Part shown: positions 9,519-17,233 of the stretch, one piece after another
Position numbering within the stretch: the stretch's first letter is position 1
Layout: each line of letters opens with the position of its first letter
Source of the DNA: Gaiellaceae bacterium
GTDB taxonomy: Bacteria; Actinomycetota; Thermoleophilia; Gaiellales; Gaiellaceae
Reading direction: 5' to 3'
DNA: 64,000 nucleotides
Assembly (NCBI GenBank): GCA_035708345.1
Contig: DASSSR010000009.1
Coordinates: 25-64,024 of the forward strand
Translations under genes and position numbers: made by a program
The notes under the pieces: model-generated
Databases searched by the model: none
What the model saw: only the letters and a program-made list of their open reading frames with translations
What the model was told of the DNA's origin: nothing

Positions 9519-10832
9519 GTGAGGACGATCGCGGTGCTGTTCGCGGTCGCGCTGCTCTCCGGGGGTCTCGCGTCCGCCGCGGCGCCTCCGGGCGCCGTGC
9601 CGCGCGATTCGAGCCCCTGGTGGGCGCCGAAGGCGACGATGCTCGCGTTCGACCGCTCGTCGCCGGGGCCCGACGACGGCGACCTCCTCTTCACGCCGGC
9701 CGTGCGCGGCCCCGAGGTGGACATCCTCGGCGCCGGCCGCGTTCGCGGGTTCCGGCCGGGGAGCGGCGACCTGCTGCTCGAGACCGGCTCGTCCACGAGC
9801 GTCGTCGACGGCTCCGACCGGGAGCTGGGCCGGATCCCGGGCGTGGACGCGTCCTGGTCGCCCGACGGGTCGCACGTCGCGTTCCTCCAGGGCGACGCGC
9901 TCGCGGTCGCGGAGGCGAGCGGCGCGAACGTCCGTCAGCTCGCGGCGGGGATCGTCCCGCCGGAGCCCGACGTGACGGGGCCGGTGTGGTCGCCCGACGG
10001 GACGGCGGTCGCGATCGCGACCACCACGGCGGCCGGCTCGGCGATCCTCGTCGCGCCCGTCGACGGCACGCCGGCGCATGCCGCCTTCGACGGGCCGGGC
10101 GACAACGCCGACCCGAGCTGGTCGCGCGACGGCGCGACGATCGCGTTCGACCGCGACACGGGCGGGCGCTGGGCGGTCTGGACGGTCGCTCCCGACGGCA
10201 GCGGGGCGCAGGAGGCGGTCGGCGGCGACGCGAACAACCGGCTGCCGCAGTGGAGCCCGACCGACGACCGGCTCGCGTTCCTGAGCGACCGCGCCGGACC
10301 GTTCGGACTGTACGTCGGCACCGTCGGCGGCTCGCCGCTGAAGCTGATCGGCGACGTCGCGTCCGACGCTCCCGCGCGCTGGTCGCCGACGGGCACGGCG
10401 CTCGCGGTGTCGTCGGCGCGCGACTGCAAGCGGTTCGGCATCTACGTGGTGAGTGCGTCGGCACCGGTGCGGGCGGTGCGGCGGTCGAACCAGTGCCGGA
10501 TCGACGGCACGGCGGGCGGCGACCTCATCCACGGGACGCCGTACTACGACGTCGTCTACGGCTACGGCGGCAACGACTCGATCTTCACCGCCGGCGGCGA
10601 CGACGTGATCTACGGCGGACCGGGCAACGACGCGATCGGCGGCGGGCCGGGGAACGACGTCATCTACGGCGGACCGGGGAACGACGTCCTCTCGGGCAGC
10701 ACCGGGAACGACGTCATCTACGGCGGTCCGGGACGCGACAAGATCGGCTGCGGGCCGGGGAACGACACGGCGTACATCGGGCCGGGCGACACCGTGCGCG
10801 ACTGCGAGCACGTGCACCGCGGCCGCCGCTGA
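9519..10832 (+). CDS. Secreted TolB-like beta-propeller protein with C-terminal RTX (hemolysin-type Ca-binding) repeats
   Basis: Signal peptide present. Repeated WSPDG/WSRDG/WSPT..LAF blades (PD40-type). C-terminal nonapeptide repeats GGxGNDxIYGGPGNDxI occur about 6 times. Confidence 0.8.
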   Translation: MRTIAVLFAVALLSGGLASAAAPPGAVPRDSSPWWAPKATMLAFDRSSPGPDDGDLLFTPAVRGPEVDILGAGRVRGFRPGSGDLLLETGSSTSVVDGSDRELGRIPGVDASWSPDGSHVAFLQGDALAVAEASGANVRQLAAGIVPPEPDVTGPVWSPDGTAVAIATTTAAGSAILVAPVDGTPAHAAFDGPGDNADPSWSRDGATIAFDRDTGGRWAVWTVAPDGSGAQEAVGGDANNRLPQWSPTDDRLAFLSDRAGPFGLYVGTVGGSPLKLIGDVASDAPARWSPTGTALAVSSARDCKRFGIYVVSASAPVRAVRRSNQCRIDGTAGGDLIHGTPYYDVVYGYGGNDSIFTAGGDDVIYGGPGNDAIGGGPGNDVIYGGPGNDVLSGSTGNDVIYGGPGRDKIGCGPGNDTAYIGPGDTVRDCEHVHRGRR

Positions 10833-10865
10833 CCGGGCGCGTTCGCGGCGGCTTCGTCGAGAGAG

Positions 10866-10910
10866 AGTGCCCCCGGCAAGAATCGAACTTGCGCACGCGG
10901 TTTAGGAAAC
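10866..10910. repeat. Left att direct repeat (a partial copy of the tRNA-Arg 3' half)
   Basis: agtgcccccggcaagaatcgaacttgcgcacgcggtttaggaaac is identical to 14553..14597. Confidence 0.95.
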
Positions 10911-10996
10911 GCCCCGGTGATGCCGGCGAAAGTCTCGATTAGCTGAATCTTTGTGCCGACGCGTAGCGTCGCGCGACAGTCGGCGCGACAGTCGCG

Positions 10997-11479
10997 TCAG
11001 TCGTCGAGCGTCTCGGGCGGCTCCGCAGGCGACTCAACGAGACCCATCTGCGCCAGTAGGTAGGCGAGAGCTTCCTCCGCGAAGACGTAGCTCGTTGACG
11101 CCCACTCGTCGAAGCGTTCTGCGGCGACCGCGGCGGGAGCATGTCGCTCGGTCCACTCGGAGAACGCCTGCGCCTGCGTCGGCGGCCCCGGTTCCTCGTA
11201 CTCGCCCGTCGAGGCAACCACCGGCGTCTCACCAGGAGCGGCGCCGTGAAGCGTCGCGAGATCGCTGTCGGCGATCAGGAACGTCAGCACCGGTGCTCCC
11301 GCCGACCCTGCTACGTCAGCGGCGAGCTGCCCGAGGTCTCGCTCCCAGTCTTCGGAGAGGATCGCCCGGCTCCATCCGGTGTCAGCGGACCACGGCAACG
11401 TGAAGTCTTCATCACGATCGACGGCAACGTCGTCCGGCAGTTCACCGCGAACGCCGATGGCTTGCACCCACAATCCCAC
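10997..11479 (-). CDS. Hypothetical acidic protein (island cargo)
   Basis: 160-aa ORF with normal composition and no recognised motif. Confidence 0.6.
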   Translation of the reverse strand: MGLWVQAIGVRGELPDDVAVDRDEDFTLPWSADTGWSRAILSEDWERDLGQLAADVAGSAGAPVLTFLIADSDLATLHGAAPGETPVVASTGEYEEPGPPTQAQAFSEWTERHAPAAVAAERFDEWASTSYVFAEEALAYLLAQMGLVESPAEPPETLDD

Positions 11480-11482
11480 CGC

Positions 11483-11998
11483 CTAACCGTAACCGAGTGA
11501 ACGGCGGAGGATCGCGCGCACGGTCGACGGCCACCACCGCGCGCCCCCTTGCGCCGTCGGTACCTGGTCAGTCGTGAGTCGTCGCCCGATCTCGCCGATG
11601 CTTCTGCCGGCGGCGTGTTCGGCTCTGATTCGCTTGACCACATCGGTCGGAACCGTTGCGCGGCGCCCGGGCTGCGCGGGAGGCAGTGCCTGCCGGCGGG
11701 CTGGGCGGCGGCGTTCCGTGGCGACTCGCTCGAGCTCGTCGACGGGAATCAGCCGCGTGCCCCACGGCATCTCGATCGTCTCGACCAGTGGCAGGACGCG
11801 GCGGTCGAAGGTCGAGCGGCTGACGCCGAGCGCCTCCGCAGCCTGCGTGCGCGTGTAGGCGAGGCGCTCAACTCGCGCCGCTTCGCGGATGATCGCCCCC
11901 GGCGACGTACCCGGCTTCGCGTGGGTGGGCCGGTGGCTTGCTTTCCGGCGCCTGTCGCGGCGGCGCGACATTCGTACACCGTACACGAATACTGACAC
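11483..11998 (-). CDS. Helix-turn-helix DNA-binding protein: excisionase/MerR-like HTH plus resolvase-HTH/recombinase-like segment. An alternative start is ATG 11971.
   Basis: YTRTQAAEALGVSRSTFDRRVLP (Xis-type HTH), GRSIGEIGRRL and ..ARWWPSTVRAILRR (the 'Recombinase'-domain signature of serine recombinases). No catalytic domain is present. Confidence 0.65.
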   Translation of the reverse strand: MSVFVYGVRMSRRRDRRRKASHRPTHAKPGTSPGAIIREAARVERLAYTRTQAAEALGVSRSTFDRRVLPLVETIEMPWGTRLIPVDELERVATERRRPARRQALPPAQPGRRATVPTDVVKRIRAEHAAGRSIGEIGRRLTTDQVPTAQGGARWWPSTVRAILRRSLGYG

Positions 11999-12003
11999 GA
12001 TTT

Positions 12004-12017
12004 TGCATCGCGATGCA
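12004..12017. promoter_or_regulatory. Perfect 14-bp palindrome TGCATCGCGATGCA between the divergent HTH and Fic genes. Candidate operator.
   Basis: Read directly from the sequence. It lies in the AT-richer divergent region, next to the tandem heptamer CGTACAC-CGTACAC at 11973..11986. Confidence 0.35.
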
Positions 12018-12522
12018 TCTGCGTCTCGCTGGCTATTCGGCTATCCGAAGCGTCTGGCTCGCGCCTTCTTTGACTCTGTGGCCACGGATAAGAAGTCGAC
12101 CTATGCGCGCCAAAGGAAAGTCCGACAGGTCCAATTGCTAGATTTGACCGAAGCTATGAGCATGAGCGGAGATAGGTCAAATATCGCCTAGAGGCCGCGG
12201 CCGTCCGAGCCGTGCCGATGTACTGCGCGCTCTCGACCGGGCTGTCGAGGATCTGCAGAGCGTCGGTGGCCTTCCGCTCCCGCTTGAGGCGGAGTCGATC
12301 TGGGAGGGGATCTGGCACGAGGAGGCCCACCATTCGACGGCGATTGAGGGCAACACCCTCGTCCTGAGGGAGGTCGAGCGGCTGCTTGCCGAAGGCAAGG
12401 CTGTCGGGAGCAAGGAGCTCGCCGAGTACCTCGAGGTCGAGGGTTACGCAAAGGGGGCGCAATGGGTCTACGCCCAGGCGGTCGAGCAATCCCGTGATTG
12501 GTCCGGCGCGGAGCGGATCAAC

Positions 12523-13179
12523 TTGACCGAATTGCGTCAGATCCACCGGCTCGTTGTCGAGCCGGCATGGCTGCACTCACCGCCGGAGGGGCTGCACCAG
12601 CGCGAAGGCCCGGGTTCGTTTCGGCAGCACGAAATCCGTCCGTTCGCCGGCGGGATGACGCCGCCGGCGTTTCCGGAGGTTCCGGCGCTCGTCACCGACT
12701 GGCTTCGCGACGCCAACCGAGGGCCGACGAGCGATCAACACCCGATGGTGTTCGTCGCCGATGTCCACGCCCGCTTCGAGCGGATCCACCCTTTCCGCGA
12801 CGGGAACGGGCGCGTTGGTCGCCTGGCCACGAACCTTCTTCTGGTTCGGCATGGCTATCCGCCTGCGGTGATCCACAAGCGGGACCGGACGCGCTATCTC
12901 AACGCCCTCAGACGTGCTGATCGGGGCGATCCAGAACCCCTCGCGGAGATGTTCGCGCGTTCCGTAACGGATGGCATCCACCGTTTCCTGCTGCCGGGCT
13001 TGGCCGGACCGCATCGGTTGGTCCCACTGCGGTCGCTTGCTGACGGCGAGCTCTCTGGCAACGCCCTCGCCGTCGCCGCGAAGCGCGGCCGACTCCGCGC
13101 AGTACGGCGGACGGATCAGTGGTACTCGAGCAGGCAGTGGGTCGAGGAGTACAAGCAGCGCCGCTACCAGCGCGGCTGA
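12523..13179 (+). CDS. Fic/Fido-domain protein (AMPylase-type). The homologous reading frame continues upstream to 12166 without an ATG/GTG/TTG.
   Basis: Canonical Fic motif HPFRDGNGRVGR. The in-frame upstream translation ...LRALDRAVEDLQSVGGLPLP..WHEEAHHSTAIEGNTLVLREVERLLAEGK.. is a typical Fic N-terminal region with an S-x-x-x-E-G inhibitory-helix motif. Confidence 0.8.
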   Translation: MTELRQIHRLVVEPAWLHSPPEGLHQREGPGSFRQHEIRPFAGGMTPPAFPEVPALVTDWLRDANRGPTSDQHPMVFVADVHARFERIHPFRDGNGRVGRLATNLLLVRHGYPPAVIHKRDRTRYLNALRRADRGDPEPLAEMFARSVTDGIHRFLLPGLAGPHRLVPLRSLADGELSGNALAVAAKRGRLRAVRRTDQWYSSRQWVEEYKQRRYQRG

Positions 13180-13215
13180 ATTCGACCTACTAGAGCGCTC
13201 GGAAAAGCGAACAGG

Positions 13216-14391
13216 TCAACTTGTCGCCCCGCGAACCTGAGCGATGCGCGAAGCGCTGTCCGCGCGGGTGAGGTACGCGTCGACGAGCGCTGCCGCTTCG
13301 GCCTCCGAACCTGGCATGAGCTTGCCGTAGAGGTCGTACGTCGTCTGGATCGACGCGTGACCCATGTACGTGGTGATCGCCTTTGCGTTCACGCCCGCGG
13401 CGATGAGAATCGACGCGAAGGTGTGTCTCGCCTCGTGGAGTCCGATCGGCTCGACGCCTGCGCGCTTCCATGCGCTCCGGGCGCGGCGCCAGACGTTGGA
13501 CGGCTGGAAGGGAGCGTGACCGCCGAAGACGAGTGTGTCGGCTCGAGCCTGGTTCGCCTTGTGCTCCACGAGGATGTCGCGAAGCGCGCCGACGATCGGG
13601 ATCGTTCGGCGGCCGGCGCGGCTCTTCGGCTCGACCTCGAGGCGGGCCTTCTCGTCGTACGCCCGCTAGACGCGGATTACGCCGTTGGCGAGGTCGACGT
13701 CGTCCCACCGGAGAGCCATGAGTTCGCCACGGCGGAGGCCGGCGTATAACGCGGTCGCCCACACTGGTCGGTCCCGAGCGGGGAGTGCAGCGAGCAGCTG
13801 CTCCGCCTCTTGCGGCGATGCGATCCGTTCCCGACGGCCGCGGACTGCGGGTAGGCGAAGGTGCATGCATGGGTTGACTGCGACGTCGCCATCCTCGACC
13901 GCGCGACGGAAGATCACGCGCAGGGGCATGAGGGCGTTCCGGATGGTCGACGGGTCGCGACCCTCGGCGAGCAAGTCGTCGGCGATCCGCTGGACGTCGC
14001 GATGCTGCACGTCGCCGAGGCGAGTTCGGCCGATCCGCGGAACGACGCGATCGCGGAGCGCGGCCTCGTAGCTCCGGATCGCGCTCGGCTTGTACGGGTC
14101 GCCCGACCGGGTGCGGACGCGGCCCGACTTCATCCCTGCGACGAGCTCCTGCGCCGCCTCGGCGACCGTCGTGTGCGCCGGCGCCCGCAGCGTTCCTCGT
14201 CGGACGCCGGTCTGCGTCTCGGCGCGCCACGCTCGCGCTTCGGCGAGCGTCGCGAACGTCTTTCGGATGCGCTTCGACTCCCGCGCGCTCCAGACGCTCG
14301 CCTGGTACGTCGGGTCGCAGCTGCAGCGAGCGCAGCGGCGCGAGGCGCACGCCTTCTTGTGCCGAACCTCGATGCCCGTTCGCTGCGCCAT
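13216..14391 (-). pseudogene. Tyrosine recombinase/integrase interrupted by one in-frame TAG (13668..13666)
   Basis: Track ORFs 13666..14583 (real start MAQRTG at 14391) and 13216..13569 are in the same frame. The bridging translation ..ANGVIRV*RAYDEKARLEVEPKSRAGRRTIPIVGALRDILVEH.. is continuous integrase sequence. C-terminal catalytic residues are present: HEARHTFAS and Y in GHASIQTTYDLYG. Confidence 0.85.
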
Positions 14392-14552
14392 GACGTGAAC
14401 GCTAGAAGGGGCATCGGACGTTCCGCGCGACAGTCGCGCGACAGGCTCACGGTCCCGCTGGCCGTCTCGGCCGACGACACCGTCCGCCGCCGACAAGTCA
14501 GTAAGAAAGAAAGAATTCCTGCAAACTGGCCGGTTCTTGCAGGACAATCGGA

Positions 14553-14597
14553 AGTGCCCCCGGCAAGAATCGAACTTGCGCACGCGGTTTAGGAAAC
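14553..14597. repeat. Right att direct repeat (inside tRNA-Arg)
   Basis: Identical to 10866..10910. Confidence 0.95.
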
Positions 14598-14626
14598 CGC
14601 TGCTCTATCCACTGAGCTACGGGGGC
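14555..14626 (-). tRNA. tRNA-Arg (anticodon CCT)
   Basis: The minus-strand sequence GCCCCCGTAGCTCAGTGGATAGAGCAGCGGTTTCCTAAACCGCGTGCGCAAGTTCGATTCTTGCCGGGGGCA folds as a 72-nt cloverleaf: 7-bp acceptor stem, anticodon loop TTCCTAA, T-loop TTCGATT. CCA is not encoded. Confidence 0.95.
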
Positions 14627-14665
14627 GCCGCGCGCAGGGTACCGCCACGCCCCCGCGCAGCCTCG

Positions 14666-16318
14666 CTACGCGGCCGGTGAGACATGCAGCGCATACCGCG
14701 GCGTCGTGCGATTCGAGCTGCACTGCTCGACGTCGATCGCGAAGCGCGTCCGCGGCGGCACTCTGAACGAGTACGTCAGCGTCGGCCGGCCGGGCGCGGT
14801 GCAGCCGCCGCCGTTGCCGAGGTAGTTCCGCCCGGGATTGACGGGGTCGAAGTCCTCGGCGTACGCGGCGCTGAACAGCCGCTGCGTCGACGCGGCTCGC
14901 ACGGTCACCGTCACGCACCGCCCGCCGCCGCTCGCGTTCTCGAAGCCGTGCACGGCATACCGGACGGTGCGCACCCGCACGTGCGGCGTCTTCGGCTTCT
15001 TCCTGCAGGAGGACGCCGCCGCCGTCCGGCCCAGCACGTTCGTGTGCACCGGCGCCCCCGGAGCCGACACGCCCGCCGCGGCTGCGCCGATCGCGGCGGC
15101 CGCCGCCGCGACGACGACGGCGACGAGCGCTCGCAGCCGCGCGAAGAGGAGGACGAGCACGAGCGCCGCCAGCACGAGGTCGCGGGCGAGCACGAGCCAC
15201 GACGCGCGCGGGTCGAAGGCGAACGCGAGGTCGAGATACCTGCGCGGGAACCAGAGCTGCGTCAGCACGAGCGAGCAGACGAGCAGCGCCGTCGCGGCGG
15301 CGCCGCGGCGGCCGCGCACGAGCGGCACGAGCGGGATCAACCAGACCAGGTACTGCGGCGACAGCACCTTGCTCAGGACGATGAACGTGCAGACCGCGGC
15401 GGCGGAGAACCGCAGCAGGCGCTCTCGCGTCGCCGGGCCGCGCGCGAACGCGACCCACAGCGCGAGCAGCGCGAGCGGCGCGAGCACACCCTGTGCCGTG
15501 GCGACGGCGTGCGGCAACGAGCCGGCGAGGTTGTCCGACCCGTGCGAGGTGACCTTCGCGATCGGCAGCCCCCACGTCTGGTGCGCCGCGAGCAGGAAGC
15601 CGGAGCCGAGGCTCTCGATCTGCAGCGGCCGGCTGAGCTGCCCCGCGAGGCTCTCCCAGACCCCGTGCGGCGCGAGCGCCACGAACGGCAGGAACACCGC
15701 GACCGCCACGACGGCCGCGATCGCCCCGCAGATCACCGCCTCGCGGCGGCCCCGGCGCCGCCAGACGTAGGCGAGCGCGATCGGCACGAGCACGCCCGGG
15801 TAGATCTTCGCCGCGAAGCCGAGGCCGAGCGCGGCGAGACCGAGCCGCGGCCGTCGCGCGAGCAGCGCCGCGACGCCCGCGACGGTCAACAGCGCCGGCC
15901 ACAGGTCGAACCGCGAGAGCACCACCGAGCCGAGCGCGAGCGGCGCCAGCCCGACGAGCAGCGCCCGCACGAGCCGACGGCGCGGCGGTCCCGGCTCTCG
16001 CAGCAGCACGGCCGCCGCGAGCGCCGTCGCGAGCGCGCCGCATACGAACAGCCCCGCCTCGAAGACGATCCGGTAACGGACGTAGTGGCCGGGGCCCGCG
16101 ACCGCCGAGGGGACGACGAAGAACGGCAGCGCTCCGGGCGGGTACTCGACCGAGAAGTCCCGGTACGGCACGCGATGCCCGCGCACGACGGCGTCGCCGT
16201 ACCGCTCGTACACCGGCAGGTCGGACAGCCGGCTGCGGTTGAAGAAGCCGAGATGCAGGGCCGCGAACGCGACTGCGAACGCGGCGACCGAGACGAGGAT
16301 GAGCTTGGTCGAGGCCAC
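14666..16318 (-). CDS. Polytopic membrane glycosyltransferase (GT87/DUF2029-like, polyprenol-phosphate-sugar dependent type) with a C-terminal extracytoplasmic domain
   Basis: 550 aa with about 10 TM segments. Motifs typical of GT-C mannosyltransferase-like proteins are present (DFSVEYPPGALPFF, AAKIYPGVL, LSPQYLVWL). The soluble tail is about 120 aa. Confidence 0.7.
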   Translation of the reverse strand: MASTKLILVSVAAFAVAFAALHLGFFNRSRLSDLPVYERYGDAVVRGHRVPYRDFSVEYPPGALPFFVVPSAVAGPGHYVRYRIVFEAGLFVCGALATALAAAVLLREPGPPRRRLVRALLVGLAPLALGSVVLSRFDLWPALLTVAGVAALLARRPRLGLAALGLGFAAKIYPGVLVPIALAYVWRRRGRREAVICGAIAAVVAVAVFLPFVALAPHGVWESLAGQLSRPLQIESLGSGFLLAAHQTWGLPIAKVTSHGSDNLAGSLPHAVATAQGVLAPLALLALWVAFARGPATRERLLRFSAAAVCTFIVLSKVLSPQYLVWLIPLVPLVRGRRGAAATALLVCSLVLTQLWFPRRYLDLAFAFDPRASWLVLARDLVLAALVLVLLFARLRALVAVVVAAAAAAIGAAAAGVSAPGAPVHTNVLGRTAAASSCRKKPKTPHVRVRTVRYAVHGFENASGGGRCVTVTVRAASTQRLFSAAYAEDFDPVNPGRNYLGNGGGCTAPGRPTLTYSFRVPPRTRFAIDVEQCSSNRTTPRYALHVSPAA

Positions 16319-16355
16319 GAACGGCGGGCAGCGCCCGCGATCATATTCCGACCGA

Positions 16356-17144
16356 CTACTCGAACGCCTCGCCGCGCTCCCATTCGTGCTCGAACGCGAG
16401 CTTGAGCAGGCGCGCGAGCGCGGGATGCTCGACGACCATGATCGTCAGGTCGGTGGGCCCGGCGACGGGATCCTCCATCGTGAACAGCGAGACCCGCTCG
16501 TCGACGATCACGAGCTTCAGCGGCAGCTCGTCGACGACGCGCGCCTGCTCGCCCGACGCGACGAACGCGTGCACGGCGTCGACCACCGCCTCGTCCTCGT
16601 AGACCGACCGCTCGTACACGCTCCGCGCCTCGACGCCGCGCTCCAGCAGCTCGCGCCCGGCGACGTTCTCCGGCGGCTCGACGGCGTACGGCGGCTTCGT
16701 GAAGACGAGGATCTCCCGCTCCGCCGCCGCCTCCAGCTCGGCGAAGCGCTTCGCGATCGCGCCCGGCTCGCGCAGCACCTCGATGTAGTCGAGCGGATCG
16801 CTCGCGTCGCGGCCCTCGCGGTAGGCCGGGCCGAGCAGGGCCGCCGTCTCGGCCGCCGCCCGCTCGAGCTGCTCGAGCTCCGCACGGCGCTCCGCGAGGA
16901 GCGCGGCGACGGCGTCGTCGGGCGGCGCCGCGCGGTAGCGCGCCGGCCGGCCCGGCTCGACGCTGGCGAGCCCGCGGCGGACGAGACCGTCCAGGACGTC
17001 GTAGATCCGCTGCCGCGGCAGCGAGGCGAGCCGGGCCACCTCGGCCCCCGTCGCCCGCTCGCGGCGCGTCAGGGCGACGTAGGCGCTCGCCTCGTACCCC
17101 GTCAGGCCCAGCTCCGTCAGCGTCCCGGCCGCCAGTTGATCCAC
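16356..17144 (-). CDS. TrmB-family transcriptional regulator
   Basis: The N-terminal wHTH LGLTGYEASAYVALTRRERATGAEVARLASLPRQRIYDVLDGLVRRGL is the TrmB signature. The C-terminal effector-type domain is present. Confidence 0.85.
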   Translation of the reverse strand: MDQLAAGTLTELGLTGYEASAYVALTRRERATGAEVARLASLPRQRIYDVLDGLVRRGLASVEPGRPARYRAAPPDDAVAALLAERRAELEQLERAAAETAALLGPAYREGRDASDPLDYIEVLREPGAIAKRFAELEAAAEREILVFTKPPYAVEPPENVAGRELLERGVEARSVYERSVYEDEAVVDAVHAFVASGEQARVVDELPLKLVIVDERVSLFTMEDPVAGPTDLTIMVVEHPALARLLKLAFEHEWERGEAFE

Positions 17145-17153
17145 CGTTCAAGC

Positions 17154-17178
17154 TTGTCACCACGGAGAGTGGTTACAC
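17154..17178. promoter_or_regulatory. Imperfect palindrome TTGTCACCAC-GGAGA-GTGGTTACAC in the trmB/secreted-protein divergent region. Candidate operator.
   Basis: 8 of 10 arm positions are complementary. It lies 10 nt upstream of the trmB GTG (17144). Confidence 0.25.
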
Positions 17179-17233
17179 AAGCGGCGAACCGGGGTAGGGG
17201 GCGCTCACCTTTGCACCGGACAGGAGGCATCTC

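Larger units (their letters stand above)
10866..14597. mobile_element. Small integrative element (about 3.7 kb) inserted in the 3' half of tRNA-Arg(CCT). It is flanked by a 45-bp direct repeat and carries integrase, an HTH/Xis-like gene, Fic and one hypothetical gene.
   Basis: Identical 45-mers at 10866..10910 and 14553..14597. The right copy is the 3' 43 nt of the tRNA. A tyrosine recombinase gene abuts the tRNA. There is an AT-richer stretch around 11990..12200. Confidence 0.85.

Noticed and set aside
10540-10760. Apparent nucleotide-level tandem periodicity (ggcggaccggggaacgacgtcatctac...).
   Set aside because: It is explained by the RTX nonapeptide repeats (GGPGNDVIYGG) of the 9519..10832 protein. 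It is not an independent DNA repeat or CRISPR array.
10714-10896. ORFs beginning MRKFDSCRGH.. at 10714..10896 and in the first 64 codons of 13666..14583.
   Set aside because: Both start inside the 45-bp att repeat or tRNA-Arg sequence, which explains their identical N-termini. They are read-through artefacts. The integrase more plausibly starts at ATG 14391.
12154-12576. 140-aa minus-strand ORF antisense to the Fic 5' region, plus smaller ORFs at 12177..12413 and 12188..12451.
   Set aside because: The plus-strand frame encodes recognisable Fic N-terminal sequence including the inhibitory-helix motif. The antisense products have no features.
10866-14597. The island considered as a prophage or ICE.
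   Set aside because: It is only about 3.7 kb with four genes. There are no capsid, tail, terminase, replication or conjugation genes. It is better described as a minimal integrative islet or remnant.
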